Notes: generated by a model from the letters alone, not told the origin. A stretch of DNA of 63,623 nucleotides, filler included, from Octopus bimaculoides (GCF_001194135.2; 6 parts of 4 records of this genome joined end to end with filler, not necessarily neighbours in it), one strand, 5' to 3'. Positions 40,303-52,860 are shown, counted from the whole stretch's first letter. Made by a program: numbers and translations.

Positions 40303-42269
40303 NNNNNNNNNNNNNNNNNNNNNNNNNNNNNNNNNNNNNNNNNNNNNNNNNNNNNNNNNNNNNNNNNNNNNNNNNNNNNNNNNNNNNNNNNNNNNNNNNN
40401 NNNNNNNNNNNNNNNNNNNNNNNNNNNNNNNNNNNNNNNNNNNNNNNNNNNNNNNNNNNNNNNNNNNNNNNNNNNNNNNNNNNNNNNNNNNNNNNNNNNN
40501 NNNNNNNNNNNNNNNNNNNNNNNNNNNNNNNNNNNNNNNNNNNNNNNNNNNNNNNNNNNNNNNNNNNNNNNNNNNNNNNNNNNNNNNNNNNNNNNNNNNN
40601 NNNNNNNNNNNNNNNNNNNNNNNNNNNNNNNNNNNNNNNNNNNNNNNNNNNNNNNNNNNNNNNNNNNNNNNNNNNNNNNNNNNNNNNNNNNNNNNNNNNN
40701 NNNNNNNNNNNNNNNNNNNNNNNNNNNNNNNNNNNNNATATATATATATATATATATATATATAAGTGACTGGTGTTTGGAAAGGCACCCAACTATAAAA
40801 ACCATGCCAAAACTGACCTTGCCTGTGCTGGTACCACGTAAAAAGCACTTGGTCCATTCTACAGGGTGATTGGTGTTAGGAAAAGCATCTAGCCATAAAA
40901 ACTGCACCAAAACAGACACTGAAGCCTTGTGCAGTCTTCTGTCCAGCTAGTTCCTATCAAACTGTCCAACCCAAGCCAGCATAGAAAGCAGACATTAAAT
41001 GATGATGATGATGTCCTTTCACCTTCAGTTTCTATCTACCAAATACATTCACGAGGCTTTGGTTGGCTGGAGCTATAGTACTAGAGACTGACCCAAAGTG
41101 CCAAACTGTGGGACTAAATTTGAAACTACGTGGTTAGGAAGTCAGTAAAATCATTTTTTAGAAAAGACTTTTTTTAAAAAAAGGAAAACTGATGTATTCA
41201 ACTTTTATTTTTATCATTTTCTTAATTTTCCTTCAGAAGAAGCATTGCCAACACAATGCCATCAAGAAATTCATGTTTCAAATTGTCATCCTCTACCAAC
41301 AGCTGTCTATTTGCTCCTTTAGATATGCTAAAACAGTTTTTGTCCATTCAGTGATGAAAAATGAATACAAAACAAATGGTATTCAATCGTTTTTTTTTTT
41401 TAATAAGCAATAAATAACATTTATAACAATTTGGTGTCTATTTATCTATTTATGTTTCTGTCTGTCTCCTCCTCCTCCCCCATTTATCTCTTATCTAATT
41501 CTAGTTTCAAGTTGTCCTTTCAAAATTAAAATGACGCTTATGTGCTATGATCCGATCCAATCGATGCAATATTCACAAACAACACCGAGGACAGTGGAAG
41601 ATTGATTTTTCTATTTGTAAAGAATGTTCTGTAAAGGAAAAAGAATGGATGCTAATCTTCCTTTTCTTTTCTTTTCTTTTCTTTCATTTTGTTTTGTTGT
41701 TGTCAAAGTCATCTTATAACTGAGCAAAGATCACTATTAAAAAGTAAATTAATTTCAATATTGTGCCATTTGTCCGTTAATATTTTCCTCTCTAGCAAAA
41801 ATTTTTAATAGCTGCAAGATGTACACATTGTTGAGCATGCTGTGTTTAGTTACCATACTTTCACAGGCATCGGCCAAACGTAAGCTAATTATGGAAATAT
41901 TTCTACTTTTCCTTTCTTTCTTTTTTTTAATTTTTTTTCCCATATTGAATTTTTTGATGTTTTAAATCCTTTCATTGTTTTGTGAAAAGGGGAAGGGCAA
42001 TGATTTTCGATCCTTTTCAGAGTCTTCAAGAATGATGGGAGATGAGGGTAGGAAGTTATTTGTGGGCAAGGGACATGATCTGAATGCTTGCAACATGGTG
42101 ATGATGATGATGATGATGGTAATGAATAGGCGCAGGCATGGCTATGTGGTAAGAAACTTACTTCTCAACCATATAGTTTCCAGGTTCAGTCCCACAGTGT
42201 GGCAACTTGGGTGAGTGTTCTCTATTATAGCCTTGGGCCAACCAAAGCCTCACAAGTGGATATATATCA

Positions 42270-44345
42270 CATGATTGCTTTTACATGGCACTAGCATGGA
42301 TGCTTTTATGTGACACTAGCATAAGTGCTTTGTATGTGGTATCAGCACCCATGAGCATTCAAGGCAAGGACCTCTCCATTGAGAAAGGGATGTAGAGGAC
42401 ATACCTGTATGCATGGATGGCCACAGTTTTACTTAACTTGATGTGTTTTCTTAACGACACCAAATCACCACAATTTTTGGTCCCTTGTCATCTCCTCTGT
42501 GAGACTGAATGTCTAAAGGTCCTTTCTCACCACTTCGTCCCACCTCTTCCTAGGTCTATCTTTTACACAGGTTCCCTCCAAAACTAAACTAGAGACCTGC
42601 TCTTCTCAATGCAGCTGTCCGCATTCATAGACATCACATGACCATACCAGCACAATCTTCTCTCTTGAACACTAATGCCTCTTGTACCCAGTTTTCCTCT
42701 TAAATTATTTACACTCTGTTGTACATGTACACTGACATTACCCATCCATCAGAGCATGCAGGCTTCATTTCTTTGAAGCTTTCACATATCCTCAGTCATC
42801 ATAGCCCATATTTCACTGCTATGTAGCACAGCTGTTCATACAGAGGCATCATACAATCTGCCTTTCACTCTGAGGGAGGGGCCCTTTGTTATCAGCAAAG
42901 GTAGTAGATCTCTGTACTTTACCCAGCCTGTTCTTATTCAAACAACTATGCTTTCAAAACTGTCACCTCGATTGCTAACTTGGTTACCTAGGTAATAGAA
43001 ACTATCAACAACTTCTAAGTATCACCCCAGACATTGAAGCATCTCACTGAAAGGATTTGAAATTTGTCTGTTTTCCTACTTACAAGGACTTCGGTCATTG
43101 CTAAGTTAACTCTAAGGCCCTTTGATTCTGGATCTTGCTTCCACACCAGAAATTTCTTCTCCAATTCTGGTAGTGATTCAGCAATGTGAACAAGGTCATC
43201 AGTACAGAGGAGCTACCAAGAGTAGTCAGTTTTAAATTCCTCCATTATGGCCAGGTGGACAAAAATGCGGCTGAGAACCATTCCTTAGTGAACTCCTGCT
43301 TGTACACTAAATTCATTGCTATATTCACTGCTGACCTTCACCTACTGGCAGCATCCTTGTACATGGCTTGTACTGCTCTCACCAACTACTCATTTATCTC
43401 TAGCTTCCACGTTGACCACTACCAGATCTGGGAGCAGTAGTTCTTCTCCCTGGTATACAACCAAACTGCATCTCATCCAGGAACTATGTCCCTCTCTGTA
43501 ACTTTCGTGACCTGGTCCAGCAATTTGATAACTCTATAATTGTTTCTGTCTAAGGTGTTTCCATTACCTTTGTAGCAGTTAACCATAATGCTACTACACC
43601 AGTCATTCGGTAGGACTTCTTTGTCGACAACCTTATTGACTATTTGGATGACTAGGCCATATCTCATTCTGCCAGATATTTTAAGCATCTCAGCATTGAT
43701 TCCTGATGGGCAGTGGCTTTCCCTGTTTTCATATCCTTAATTGCTTTATCTACCAAGCTTCTGTTGATTCAGATAGTTGGTCTCTTTGTCAGGTCCATAT
43801 TAGACAAGCTTTCCTTCTCCCATGCATTCTCTACATCTAGCAGCCTTTCATAGTGGCTTTTCCAAGTATTTTTCTTTGCAGAATCACTAACTGCAAATGA
43901 ACCATCATCCATGCAAACACACTTCTTTCCAACAACATCATAATTTTCTCTCACACACTGTCTTGTAATCCAAAAAAACCTCAAGCTGCTGGTCTTCACA
44001 CTGCAGAATATTGGTGAACTTCTTCCTTTTCCTTTCTTCTTCTCCTCTGGCCAAACATACCAGTCTCCTAGCCTCTTTCTAGCTCCTGGATATAGTCCCC
44101 TGCTACCATACTCTTCCAGTCCTTTCAGGCCCTTTTCTTTGCTCTAATGGCCCTGTCTACTACACCAGTCCATTACCATGTCACCTTATGTCTGGAAAGG
44201 ACTTTGCACTAGCCACAAATTTGGTCAGTGGTTCTCATTAAGTTGTCCTGTAGGAACCTAGTCAGAACTCCATCAAATCACAACCCAATGTCTTTAAAAA
44301 GAGGTCTTATGACGTAACATAGTCCTGAATACTTCTAAAAAGACC
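42270..44345 (-). mobile_element. RTE-clade LINE, decayed and internally deleted RT region
   Basis: WKSHYERLLDVENAWEKESL and EMLKISG...PNDWCSSIMVNCYKGNGNTLDRNNYRVIKLLDQVTKVTER, with many stops and frameshifts. Confidence 0.8.
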
Positions 44346-45266
44346 AGACAATTATAGGTCTGCTAGAGCAGGCCTGATTTGGGTCTAAACAATAATAATT
44401 CTACAGAAAGAGTAAATGTCTTTTTTTAACCATAGAAACATATTTACATTTACTAAATAAAGTATTTAATTCTTAGACTATATCATGTTTTACTTATCTA
44501 ATTTCACTAATTGATTCATATCAGCCACCTCTTGGATAAAAGGTTTCTGTTATTGTGTTTGTTTTTTGTTCACAAGCCAGATCAGCTTTAATTGACCAAA
44601 TCTATGACTAAATGAGTTCAAGCTGCAATCATTCCATCTGTTAAGAAAGATTACAGGATGTTACAAAAGTAATGCCTAATTTAAAAATTTAAAAATATGA
44701 AACCAAGCATTACTTTTAGGACATATATTATCTAATGTGCATTGTTTTGCATAAGAAAATTGGCCTGTGATTTGTGGGGGATGTTGTTATCATCATCAAC
44801 ATTATTTTCACATCCACTTTTCTATGCTTGCATGGGTCAGATGGATGCTTTTCCTGTTGCTGATCCAAGCAAGGTAACATTTCCCTATGATCAGATACAC
44901 TTTTGCTGAATATTGAAAATGAATGATATTCATTTACCTGTTTGAAATGAATGACATTCCTTTACCTGGGAAGAGCATCCAGCCATAGAAACCAAGCCAA
45001 AACAGTCATGCAATAACAAGACGAGACACAAACACTCACACATGCATGCACACACACAAATATATGTGGGACTGACTTCTTTCACTTTCCATCTACCAAA
45101 TCCACTCACAAGGCTTTGGTCAACCTGGAGGTATTGTTGAAGACACTTGCCCAAGGTACAACACAGTGGGACTGAACCCAGGACTATGCAGTTGAGAAGC
45201 AATCTTCTTGACCACACAACCATGCTGCACCTATGCACACACACACACTTACACGTGTGTGTGTGA

Positions 45267-45333
<67 letters not shown>

Positions 45334-45335
<2 letters not shown>

Positions 45336-45825
45336 CAGGGTGAGATTAAAAGTATAATTAGACATGAAAATTTTATTTGCTAGTTATTTAATTGTTATAC
45401 ATGCTGTTCAAAATGTCCTCCTTTTTCATAACACATTTCAATTCTGTACCTGCATGATTCATTAACAAGTCACAGAGTTTCCTCTGTTAATTTACTGCAT
45501 TCATTTTCAATTCCATCGTCGCTATTGGATCAGTTGCACTTTTTGGCCTACCGCTTTGAGGGCGGTCAGCAACACTACCAGTTTCCTTAAAACGATTAAT
45601 TAGACATCCAACAGTTGATTTTATCAGGTAGAACTTGGAGTGGATTCTGCCTGTTGAATTCCTCTGCAGCAGACCTGTGAGTAGCATCTGCTTCCCCATA
45701 CACGAATACTAAGGTTACTCATTCATTTCATCTTTCCTTAGTTTTTCATTCATCTTACTTCATCAAAATTGTTTCTACAAAGAAAATATCACCACAAAGT
45801 AGACATTTAATTAATTAACCCCTAT
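45334..45825 (-). mobile_element. Internally deleted Tc1-like element
   Basis: HTH motif LINRFKETGSVADRPQSGRPKS joined directly to a C-terminal-like remnant; TA-CAGGGTG terminus at 45334. Confidence 0.65.
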
Positions 45826-45848
45826 GGTGCATGACTTTTGCCTCACCC

Positions 45849-45882
<34 letters not shown>

Positions 45883-47098
45883 TGTATGTATGTATGCATG
45901 TATGTATGTATGTATGTATGTATGTGTGTGTGTGTATATGTATATATGTATGTATATATATATATNNNNNNNNNNNNNNNNNNNNNNNNNNNNNNNNNNN
46001 NNNNNNNNNNNNNNNNNNNNNNNNNNNNNNNNNNNNNNNNNNNNNNNNNNNNNNNNNNNNNNNNNNNNNNNNNNNNNNNNNNNNNNNNNNNNNNNNNNNN
46101 NNNNNNNNNNNNNNNNNNNNNNNNNNNNNNNNNNNNNNNNNNNNNNNNNNNNNNNNNNNNNNNNNNNNNNNNNNNNNNNNNNNNNNNNNNNNNNNNNNNN
46201 NNNNNNNNNNNNNNNNNNNNNNNNNNNNNNNNNNNNNNNNNNNNNNNNNNNNNNNNNNNNNNNNNNNNNNNNNNNNNNNNNNNNNNNNNNNNNNNNNNNN
46301 NNNNNNNNNNNNNNNNNNNNNNNNNNNNNNNNNNNNNNNNNNNNNNNNNNNNNNNNNNNNNNNNNNNNNNNNNNNNNNNNNNNNNNNNNNNNNNNNNNNN
46401 NNNNNNNNNNNNNNNNNNNNNNNNNNNNNNNNNNNNNNNNNNNNNNNNNNNNNNNNNNNNNNNNNNNNNNNNNNNNNNNNNNNNNNNNNNNNNNNNNNNN
46501 NNNNNNNNNNNNNNNNNNNNNNNNNNNNNNNNNNNNNNNNNNNNNNNNNNNNNNNNNNNNNNNNNNNNNNNNNNNNNNNNNNNNNNNNNNNNNNNNNNNN
46601 NNNNNNNNNNNNNNNNNNNNNNNNNNNNNNNNNNNNNNNNNNNNNNNNNNNNNNNNNNNNNNNNNNNNNNNNNNNNNNNNNNNNNNNNNNNNNNNNNNNN
46701 NNNNNNNNNNNNNNNNNNNNNNNNNNNNNNTATATATATATATATATCATGAGTAAATCATAAATCCAAAAGAAAAGCACACTCTAAGTTATCTTTGTCT
46801 ATCTTATATTTTAACTATCTTTGTCTAATTAATATATATACATATATATGTGTGTGGTGCGGGTGTATAAGACAGAGTGTATATGTCTATGTATGTGTTA
46901 ATGTTTATAGTGTAAAAATTGTGTTTGTGTCAAAAATCATAACTTTGCAATATGGTAAATACAGATTGATACTAGAATGAAACAGAGACTTGGGTTAGTA
47001 TAACTGACTGAAGCACATTTAAAGGTGGTTTCAGAATGACTACAGTCCAATGATTGAAACCAGTAAAAGAATAAATAGTGGCAGCCAATGTACCAAAT

Positions 47099-47625
47099 CA
47101 GTGGTTCTCAACTGGGGTTCATATGGTTTTTGGGGGTCCATAGAAGATTTTGTTGTTAAAATTTATGTGCAATAAATTGCTTATACTTTTACAATACACA
47201 AAATATTTTAACAATTTGTTTTTACATAATTCATAATAATATTTAATTATAAAGATATAATAAAAGTTAAAGTTACCTTTTTGAGTCATACTGACTCATA
47301 AGGGCTGGTTTCCTGGTTTCATGGCGTATATATTCCCCACCTGGATGGGATGCTGGTCTGTCACACGATTACTCATTTTTACCAGCTGAGTGTACCTGAG
47401 TAACATGAAATGAAGTGTTTTGCTCAAGAATAGAATGCATCACCTGGTCCAGGAATGGAAACCACAATCTTACAATCATGAGTCCAACACTGTAACCACT
47501 GAGCCACGTGCTTCCACATGAAAAATATAATAGGAATTCTCTAAGCATCAACTGGCTATAAGAGTCCATCTGAGTAAAATTGGAATTAAAGGAGTCAATA
47601 GGTAAAAAATGGTTGAGAACCAGAG
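47099..47625. mobile_element. hAT (Charlie/MER5-like) MITE with 8-bp TSD, interrupted by a SINE (~47270-47520)
   Basis: CAGTGGTTCTCAAC ... GTTGAGAACCAGAG termini; flanks TACCAAAT / TGCCAAAT (7/8 identical). Confidence 0.85.
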
Positions 47626-47753
47626 TGCCAAATGAATTAATCATTATTTCAATTGCTGATACTATTTGTCTGTATGCATTCCTTAAATTTTACTATGCTT
47701 ATATTTCACTTTCTCTCTTTTTATTTTCTTTTTTCTCCTCTTCATTTCTCTAG

Positions 47754-47904
47754 CTCCAGTAACACACATTGTTGATGGTTCACCTGCTGAAGAATGCCAG
47801 TTCCCTTCAATTGTTCATCTTCAATTTGAAGTGTATGATGGAATAATTGAATGTGGTGGAACCTTGTTGAGCAAGAACCATGTTTTGACAGCAGCCCATT
47901 GCTT
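47754..47904 (+). CDS. Internal exon of a trypsin/chymotrypsin-family (S1A) serine protease: PVTHIVDGSPAEECQFPSIVHLQFEVYDGIIECGGTLLSKNHVLTAAHC
   Basis: Polypyrimidine tract and TAG acceptor (47752-53), 151-nt stop-free exon, GTAAGT donor (47905). Mature N-terminus IVDG, CGGTL, and catalytic His motif VLTAAHC (His codon 47897-99). Phase 1 in / phase 2 out, as in typical trypsin-family genes. Other exons not found. Confidence 0.88.
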
Positions 47905-47941
47905 GTAAGTTCTCTTGGACAGGGATAGCAAATGTGATTGA

Positions 47942-48159
47942 CCCTTTAGCATTTGAACCAGCCATATCTGGCCCAAATATTCTACCTTATTTTATGTTCA
48001 AACTGACAAGATTCATTCCATTACACCTTCCCTACAATATCATTCTAAGAATAAATAATCACATCATCAAGACCTCAAAGCCTTGAGATCCTGCATGATT
48101 AATTCAAAATGTGTGTCATTAAGTGTTCCATTTGACTGAGTAATCTGAATGCTAAAGGG
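47942..48159. mobile_element. piggyBac-like MITE (CCC...GGG termini)
   Basis: CCCTTTAGCATT ... AATGCTAAAGGG with decayed TTAA-like flanks (TTGA / TGAA). A partial opposite-strand copy lies at about 25260-25410. Confidence 0.7.
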
Positions 48160-48387
48160 TGAAGTCCTGTTTATCTCATCTTTTATCTTTTACTTGTTTC
48201 AGTCATTAGACTGTGGTCATGCTGGAGCACTGCCTTAAAGAATTTTTAGTTGAATGAATCAACCCCCAGTATTTTTTTTTTTTAAAGCCTGCTACTTATT
48301 CTATCACTCTCCTTTGCCAGACCACTAAGTTACGAGGACATAAACAGATCAACACTGGTGTCAAGCAGTAGTGGAGAACAAGGTAAC

Positions 48388-48423
<36 letters not shown>

Positions 48424-48424
48424 T

Positions 48425-48915
48425 TGCTGACCTGTGGGTTTATGCCAAACACCTGCTGTTATGTATGCAGCAGTTCTGGCTATCAACTGAATCCATTGTG
48501 AAGGTCACTCCACTGCCTTCTGGGTAGGGCAGGCAGTTCTTATCTGCCTGGTGGCCTTGATGAAAGAGGTTGTATGGTGAACGAGATTGAAGGGGCTGAA
48601 GATAAACACTTCCCTCTTTGGCCAACCCCTCATCAACTTCTTCAAGTTTCACATGAAGTGGAAAATAAGGACGGAGTGGGAACTGGGGAAAGATACCTGT
48701 TCCGGGAGTCAGAGCACAAGTGGTTTTATGAGGTTTTCTCCACCAGCAGCCCTTAAATGTCTCCTCCGTATTGAGGATTACACATTGTGAAAATGTCATT
48801 CTTTGCGTTTTTCTCATTAAACCTGTTTACATGCAAAACCTTCACAACACACACACTCAATACCTTGTCCTGTGCTGTTCATACCGTTTTTACAATGTAA
48901 TCCCAATTGTAGTCA
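48425..48915 (+). mobile_element. Decayed LINE 3' fragment, probably L1/Tx1-like
   Basis: RLKGLKINTSLFGQPLINFFKFHMKWKIRTE-like C-terminal ORF2 stretch, then a UTR ending in TCAATAAAGAATC. Clade assignment is from recall only. Confidence 0.45.
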
Positions 48916-49234
48916 ATAAAGAATCATTATTGTTATTGACTTAGTGGTTAGGGTGTTGCACTCATTATCCAGTGGTCATGATTTCAATTCCTAGGGCAGG
49001 TGGTGTGTTCTGAAACAAAATGCTTCATTTCACACTGCTCTATCATCACTTCAACACCTGACATATGGTATACCTTGCACCTGTCCAGACAGCATCAATT
49101 TGATGGAAGAAGTGAGCTAATGTACAGCAGAAACATTTGATCCCTATAAACAAATCATTTTTGCAGGCCATTCAGCAAAAGCTGAACACTCATAAATCGT
49201 CTTGGAATCATCATTATTACTGTTGTTGTTGTTG

Positions 49235-49269
<35 letters not shown>

Positions 49270-49272
<3 letters not shown>

Positions 49273-49525
49273 TAGTTTTATTTTTATAATGTGCTTTCAC
49301 TTCACTACCGAGCGCAGCTCTGTGCGCCTTGGGTATGTGCTGTGGTTTGCTGTGGTGCTCCTATGTTTACTGTATTGAAAGTGTTTTGCGTAGGATGTGT
49401 GCAGTACCCAGTAGTGCAATTTTCTGTATGTTATATATATTTGTAAGTCCTGCAATTTTTGTTATGTATTTGTCTGAATATTTTTTTATTATACCGAAGG
49501 CACCTACTATGATAGGAATTGTTTC
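49270..49525 (-). mobile_element. R4/Dong-clade element 3' end (restriction-like endonuclease tail, 3' UTR, (AAT)n)
   Basis: Minus strand translates ETIPIIVGAFGIIKKYSDKYITKIAGLTNIYNIQKIALLGTAHILRKTLSIQ*, followed by an (AAT)n tract. Confidence 0.8.
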
Positions 49526-49625
49526 NNNNNNNNNNNNNNNNNNNNNNNNNNNNNNNNNNNNNNNNNNNNTTAATTAATTAANNNNNNNNNNNNNNNNNNN
49601 NNNNNNNNNNNNNNNNNNNNNNNNN

Positions 49626-49695
<70 letters not shown>
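49626..49695. repeat. (ATAG)n microsatellite
   Basis: Directly visible. Others at 10713-10756, 17263-17318, 53000-53045 and 59425-59485. (GA)n, (CA)n, (TA)n and (TATG)n tracts occur throughout and flank most gaps. Confidence 0.97.
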
Positions 49696-49696
<1 letters not shown>

Positions 49697-50059
49697 CGTA
49701 TATATTTTTGTGTCTGTGTTTGTCCCCTCACCATCACATAACAACCGATGTTAATGTGTTTACGCCCCCATAACTTAGCGGTTCGGCAAAAGAGACTGAT
49801 AGAATAAGTACTAGGCTTACAAAGAATAAGATCTTGGGTCGATTTCTTCGCTTAAAGGCGGTGTTCCAGCATAGCGGCAGTCAAATGAGTGAAACAAGTA
49901 AAAGAATAAAACAATATATACAGTAATACCTCACTTTACGAGGACTGCTAGAGAAAGCGAGTAAGAGAGACCAACAGAGAGATGTATTCATTTTAAGAAT
50001 GTGTGCATGTCTGTGTGTGTAAAGAAACAGCCTGAGAAAAGTAAAAGTAAATATACACA

Positions 50060-50345
50060 ATACAAGTATGTTTGTATATAGTACATCCAAAAAACGAATA
50101 ACAAACACAAAAAACAACAATGCGAGGACGTGGTACATGTAAAGTATTAGCAGACGCTCAGGGAAGGAAAGAAAGGTGGTTTTACGTTTCAAGCAGAGCT
50201 CTTCTTCAGAAACAGGAGAGACCAATAGAAAAGGAAGACAGAGGGAAAAAAATCGCCAACGATTCACATGTTGTCACATTTTGAAACGACCGGAAGGGAA
50301 TGGGTGAACAAAGGTTCTTTGTAAAACAGGAGAGTGTAAGAGAAG
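50060..50345 (-). mobile_element. Penelope-like terminal repeat (pLTR) / non-autonomous copy carrying a hammerhead motif
   Basis: Pyrimidine-rich leader, hammerhead motif, shared TTCC(C/T)GAGCGT...TAATA...TTGTTGTTTTTT downstream block. Homologous to 61600-61860 (+), about 4030-4260 (-) and about 53830-54110 (-). Assignment to PLEs is inferred from the known PLE-hammerhead association. Confidence 0.55.
50179..50213 (-). ncRNA. Minimal type I hammerhead ribozyme motif, canonical core
   Basis: Minus strand GUUU-CUGAAGA-A-GAGC(UCU)GCUU-GAAAC-GUA-AAAC: 4-bp helix I, intact CUGANGA, 4-bp helix II, palindromic ACGU helix III, GUA triplet with predicted cut between 50183 and 50182. Confidence 0.7.
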
Positions 50346-52415
50346 GAGGTATGTGTGTATATGTGTGGGTATGTGCGTGCGTGAAACTCTGTGTGTTCTA
50401 GTTCTCAATAGGTCCTATACGTCGAATTTCTTGATTGTTGATGTGATTTGATTTGTAAGGATGTCCCTTGTACATGTGCTTACACTGTTTAGAATCTTAT
50501 TCAATCTTCACTAACACAATCCTACGCTGATATTCAAACGAGTTCTCTAAGAGCTAGCAAAAAGAACATATAAAGGATTGTTAGAAACAACAACCAAATC
50601 TGGAATATTCTTCGTTAAAATCGACGAAGGAACAATTTATATATCTGAGGTCGGGATGAACTTCTTATGTAAAAGTAGAAAAAAAGAAAAAGAGAGACAG
50701 GGTGAGAGAAAAAGAAAGAGAAGAAAGATAGAAAAGAAAAGATTGCGTATAACAGTAAGAAAGGAAATACAGAACACGGTGTTAGAGAATATATGAAATA
50801 AGGAGATCTGTGTGAAAAATATGGTGACATCCACATAGTTACGTAGAAACTGTGACGCAAAAGATTACTAATGATACATAATTATGCCCATGCGAATACG
50901 AATGCTTTAATGTGAGTCTATAGATAGATAGATAGATAGATAGATGAATGCATATATGTTTATTCATACATATTTGTGTGTGGTGTATGTGTGTGCGTGT
51001 GAGTGCGAGTGTGTTTGTGTGCGTGTATGTTTGTGTGCTTAGCTCATGATTGTGGGACATGTACGCAAGTATATGCAGGTTATTTTACGGAGTGGTTGGG
51101 TAGCAGTAAATATATATATATGTGTATGTGTGTGTGTGTGCATGTGTATATGTACATATATGTATATATATATATATATATATGTATATATANNNNNNNN
51201 NNNNNNNNNNNNNNNNNNNNNNNNNNNNNNNNNNNNNNNNNNNNNNNNNNNNNNNNNNNNNNNNNNNNNNNNNNNNNNNNNNNNNNNNNNNNNNNNNNNN
51301 NNNNNNNNNNNNNNNNNNNNNNNNNNNNNNNNNNNNNNNNNNNNNNNNNNNNNNNNNNNNNNNNNNNNNNNNNNNNNNNNNNNNNNNNNNNNNNNNNNNN
51401 NNNNNNNNNNNNNNNNNNNNNNNNNNNNNNNNNNNNNNNNNNNNNNNNNNNNNNNNNNNNNNNNNNNNNNNNNNNNNNNNNNNNNNNNNNNNNNNNNNNN
51501 NNNNNNNNNNNNNNNNNNNNNNNNNNNNNNNNNNNNNNNNNNNNNNNNNNNNNNNNNNNNNNNNNNNNNNNNNNNNNNNNNNNNNNNNNNNNNNNNNNNN
51601 NNNNNNNNNNNNNNNNNNNNNNNNNNNNNNNNNNNNNNNNNNNNNNNNNNNNNNNNNNNNNNNNNNNNNNNNNNNNNNNNNNNNNNNNNNNNNNNNNNNN
51701 NNNNNNNNNNNNNNNNNNNNNNNNNNNNNNNNNNNNNNNNNNNNNNNNNNNNNNNNNNNNNNNNNNNNNNNNNNNNNNNNNNNNNNNNNNNNNNNNNNNN
51801 NNNNNNNNNNNNNNNNNNNNNNNNNNNNNNNNNNNNNNNTATATATATATATATGAAAATCTACTAGTGAGGTTATAGAATAAAATGGTTTACGTAATGT
51901 ATCATGTAAATTTGGTAATGTATGTGCATATTCATATGAATGTATGTATGTATGTATGTATGTATGTATGTATGTATGTGTGGCACTCTGTGTTTGTAAG
52001 TGACAATAGGAGAAAGATAAAAAGAGGAAGACAGAGAAAAAAAGAGAGGGAAAGATAGAGAAATAAGGAGAGAAAGAAAGAGAGAGAGTGGGAAAGTGTG
52101 CGAGTGCATAAATAACTTTGCGAGTGAATAGCTCAATAAAAAACGGCAAGAGCGAGATATTTGATGAGTAAATAGATAAATATAAATTTATTAGGATTTC
52201 GATCAGAAAGGAGGAAATGAAATAATCATTATTCATCTGACATTAAAATAAAGCGTGATCTATACACATAGAAAGATGTATGCATAGGTATGTATATATC
52301 TATATTTGCGTATATTTGTGTAGGCGTATGCATATATGAATGTATATAAAGTATCTATAAATGAAATGATTCGTGGCAATCGGCTGGTCGTTTCGCTTGA
52401 AACAGGTTACTAAAC

Positions 52416-52442
<27 letters not shown>

Positions 52443-52449
<7 letters not shown>

Positions 52450-52860
52450 ATAATTAAGGGATCAGCAAACAGTTGCTTCACCACATACCGAAGTTCAGAA
52501 ATAGCAGCTAAGAAGCTGAGACTCCAATAGATAGCATTACTTGTAACTCACAAAGGCAAAACAACAAGGTTGTGCCGATGCATGATGTTCACTCGTTCAT
52601 GCATGCACAATTTTGCTAGCACCGCCGAATTTACAACTAGAATATCATACCGATGAAGGAAATGGAGTGTTATCGCTCCTAATCCAGAAACGCGTCTATG
52701 ATTAACTTCGACTGTTTAGTTTTCATTGTTTTTTCTTCTTGTTTTGCCTTTGTGAGTTACAAGTAATGCTATCTGTTGGAGTCTCAGCTTTTTAGCTGCT
52801 ATTTCTGAACTTCGGTATGTGGTGAAGCAACTGTTTGCTGATCCCTTAATTATGTTTATA
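52443..52860. repeat. Inverted repeat with 122-bp arms (52443-52564 / 52739-52860), 2 mismatches, 174-nt spacer containing a hammerhead-like motif
   Basis: TATAAACATAATTAAGGGATCAGC...CACAAAGGCAAAACAA is the reverse complement of TTGTTTTGCCTTTGTG...CCCTTAATTATGTTTATA, compared base by base. Confidence 0.93.
52644..52702 (+). ncRNA. Type I hammerhead-like motif with U4C core change and extended helix II
   Basis: AUCAUA-CCGAUGA-A-GGA(AAU GGAGUG UUAU CGCUCC UAA)UCC-A-GAAAC-GC-GUC-UAUGAU: perfect 6-bp helix I, palindromic ACGCGU helix III, GUC triplet (predicted cut 52696/52697). Deviations are U4C and an A.A pair at 10.1/11.1. Confidence 0.62.
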
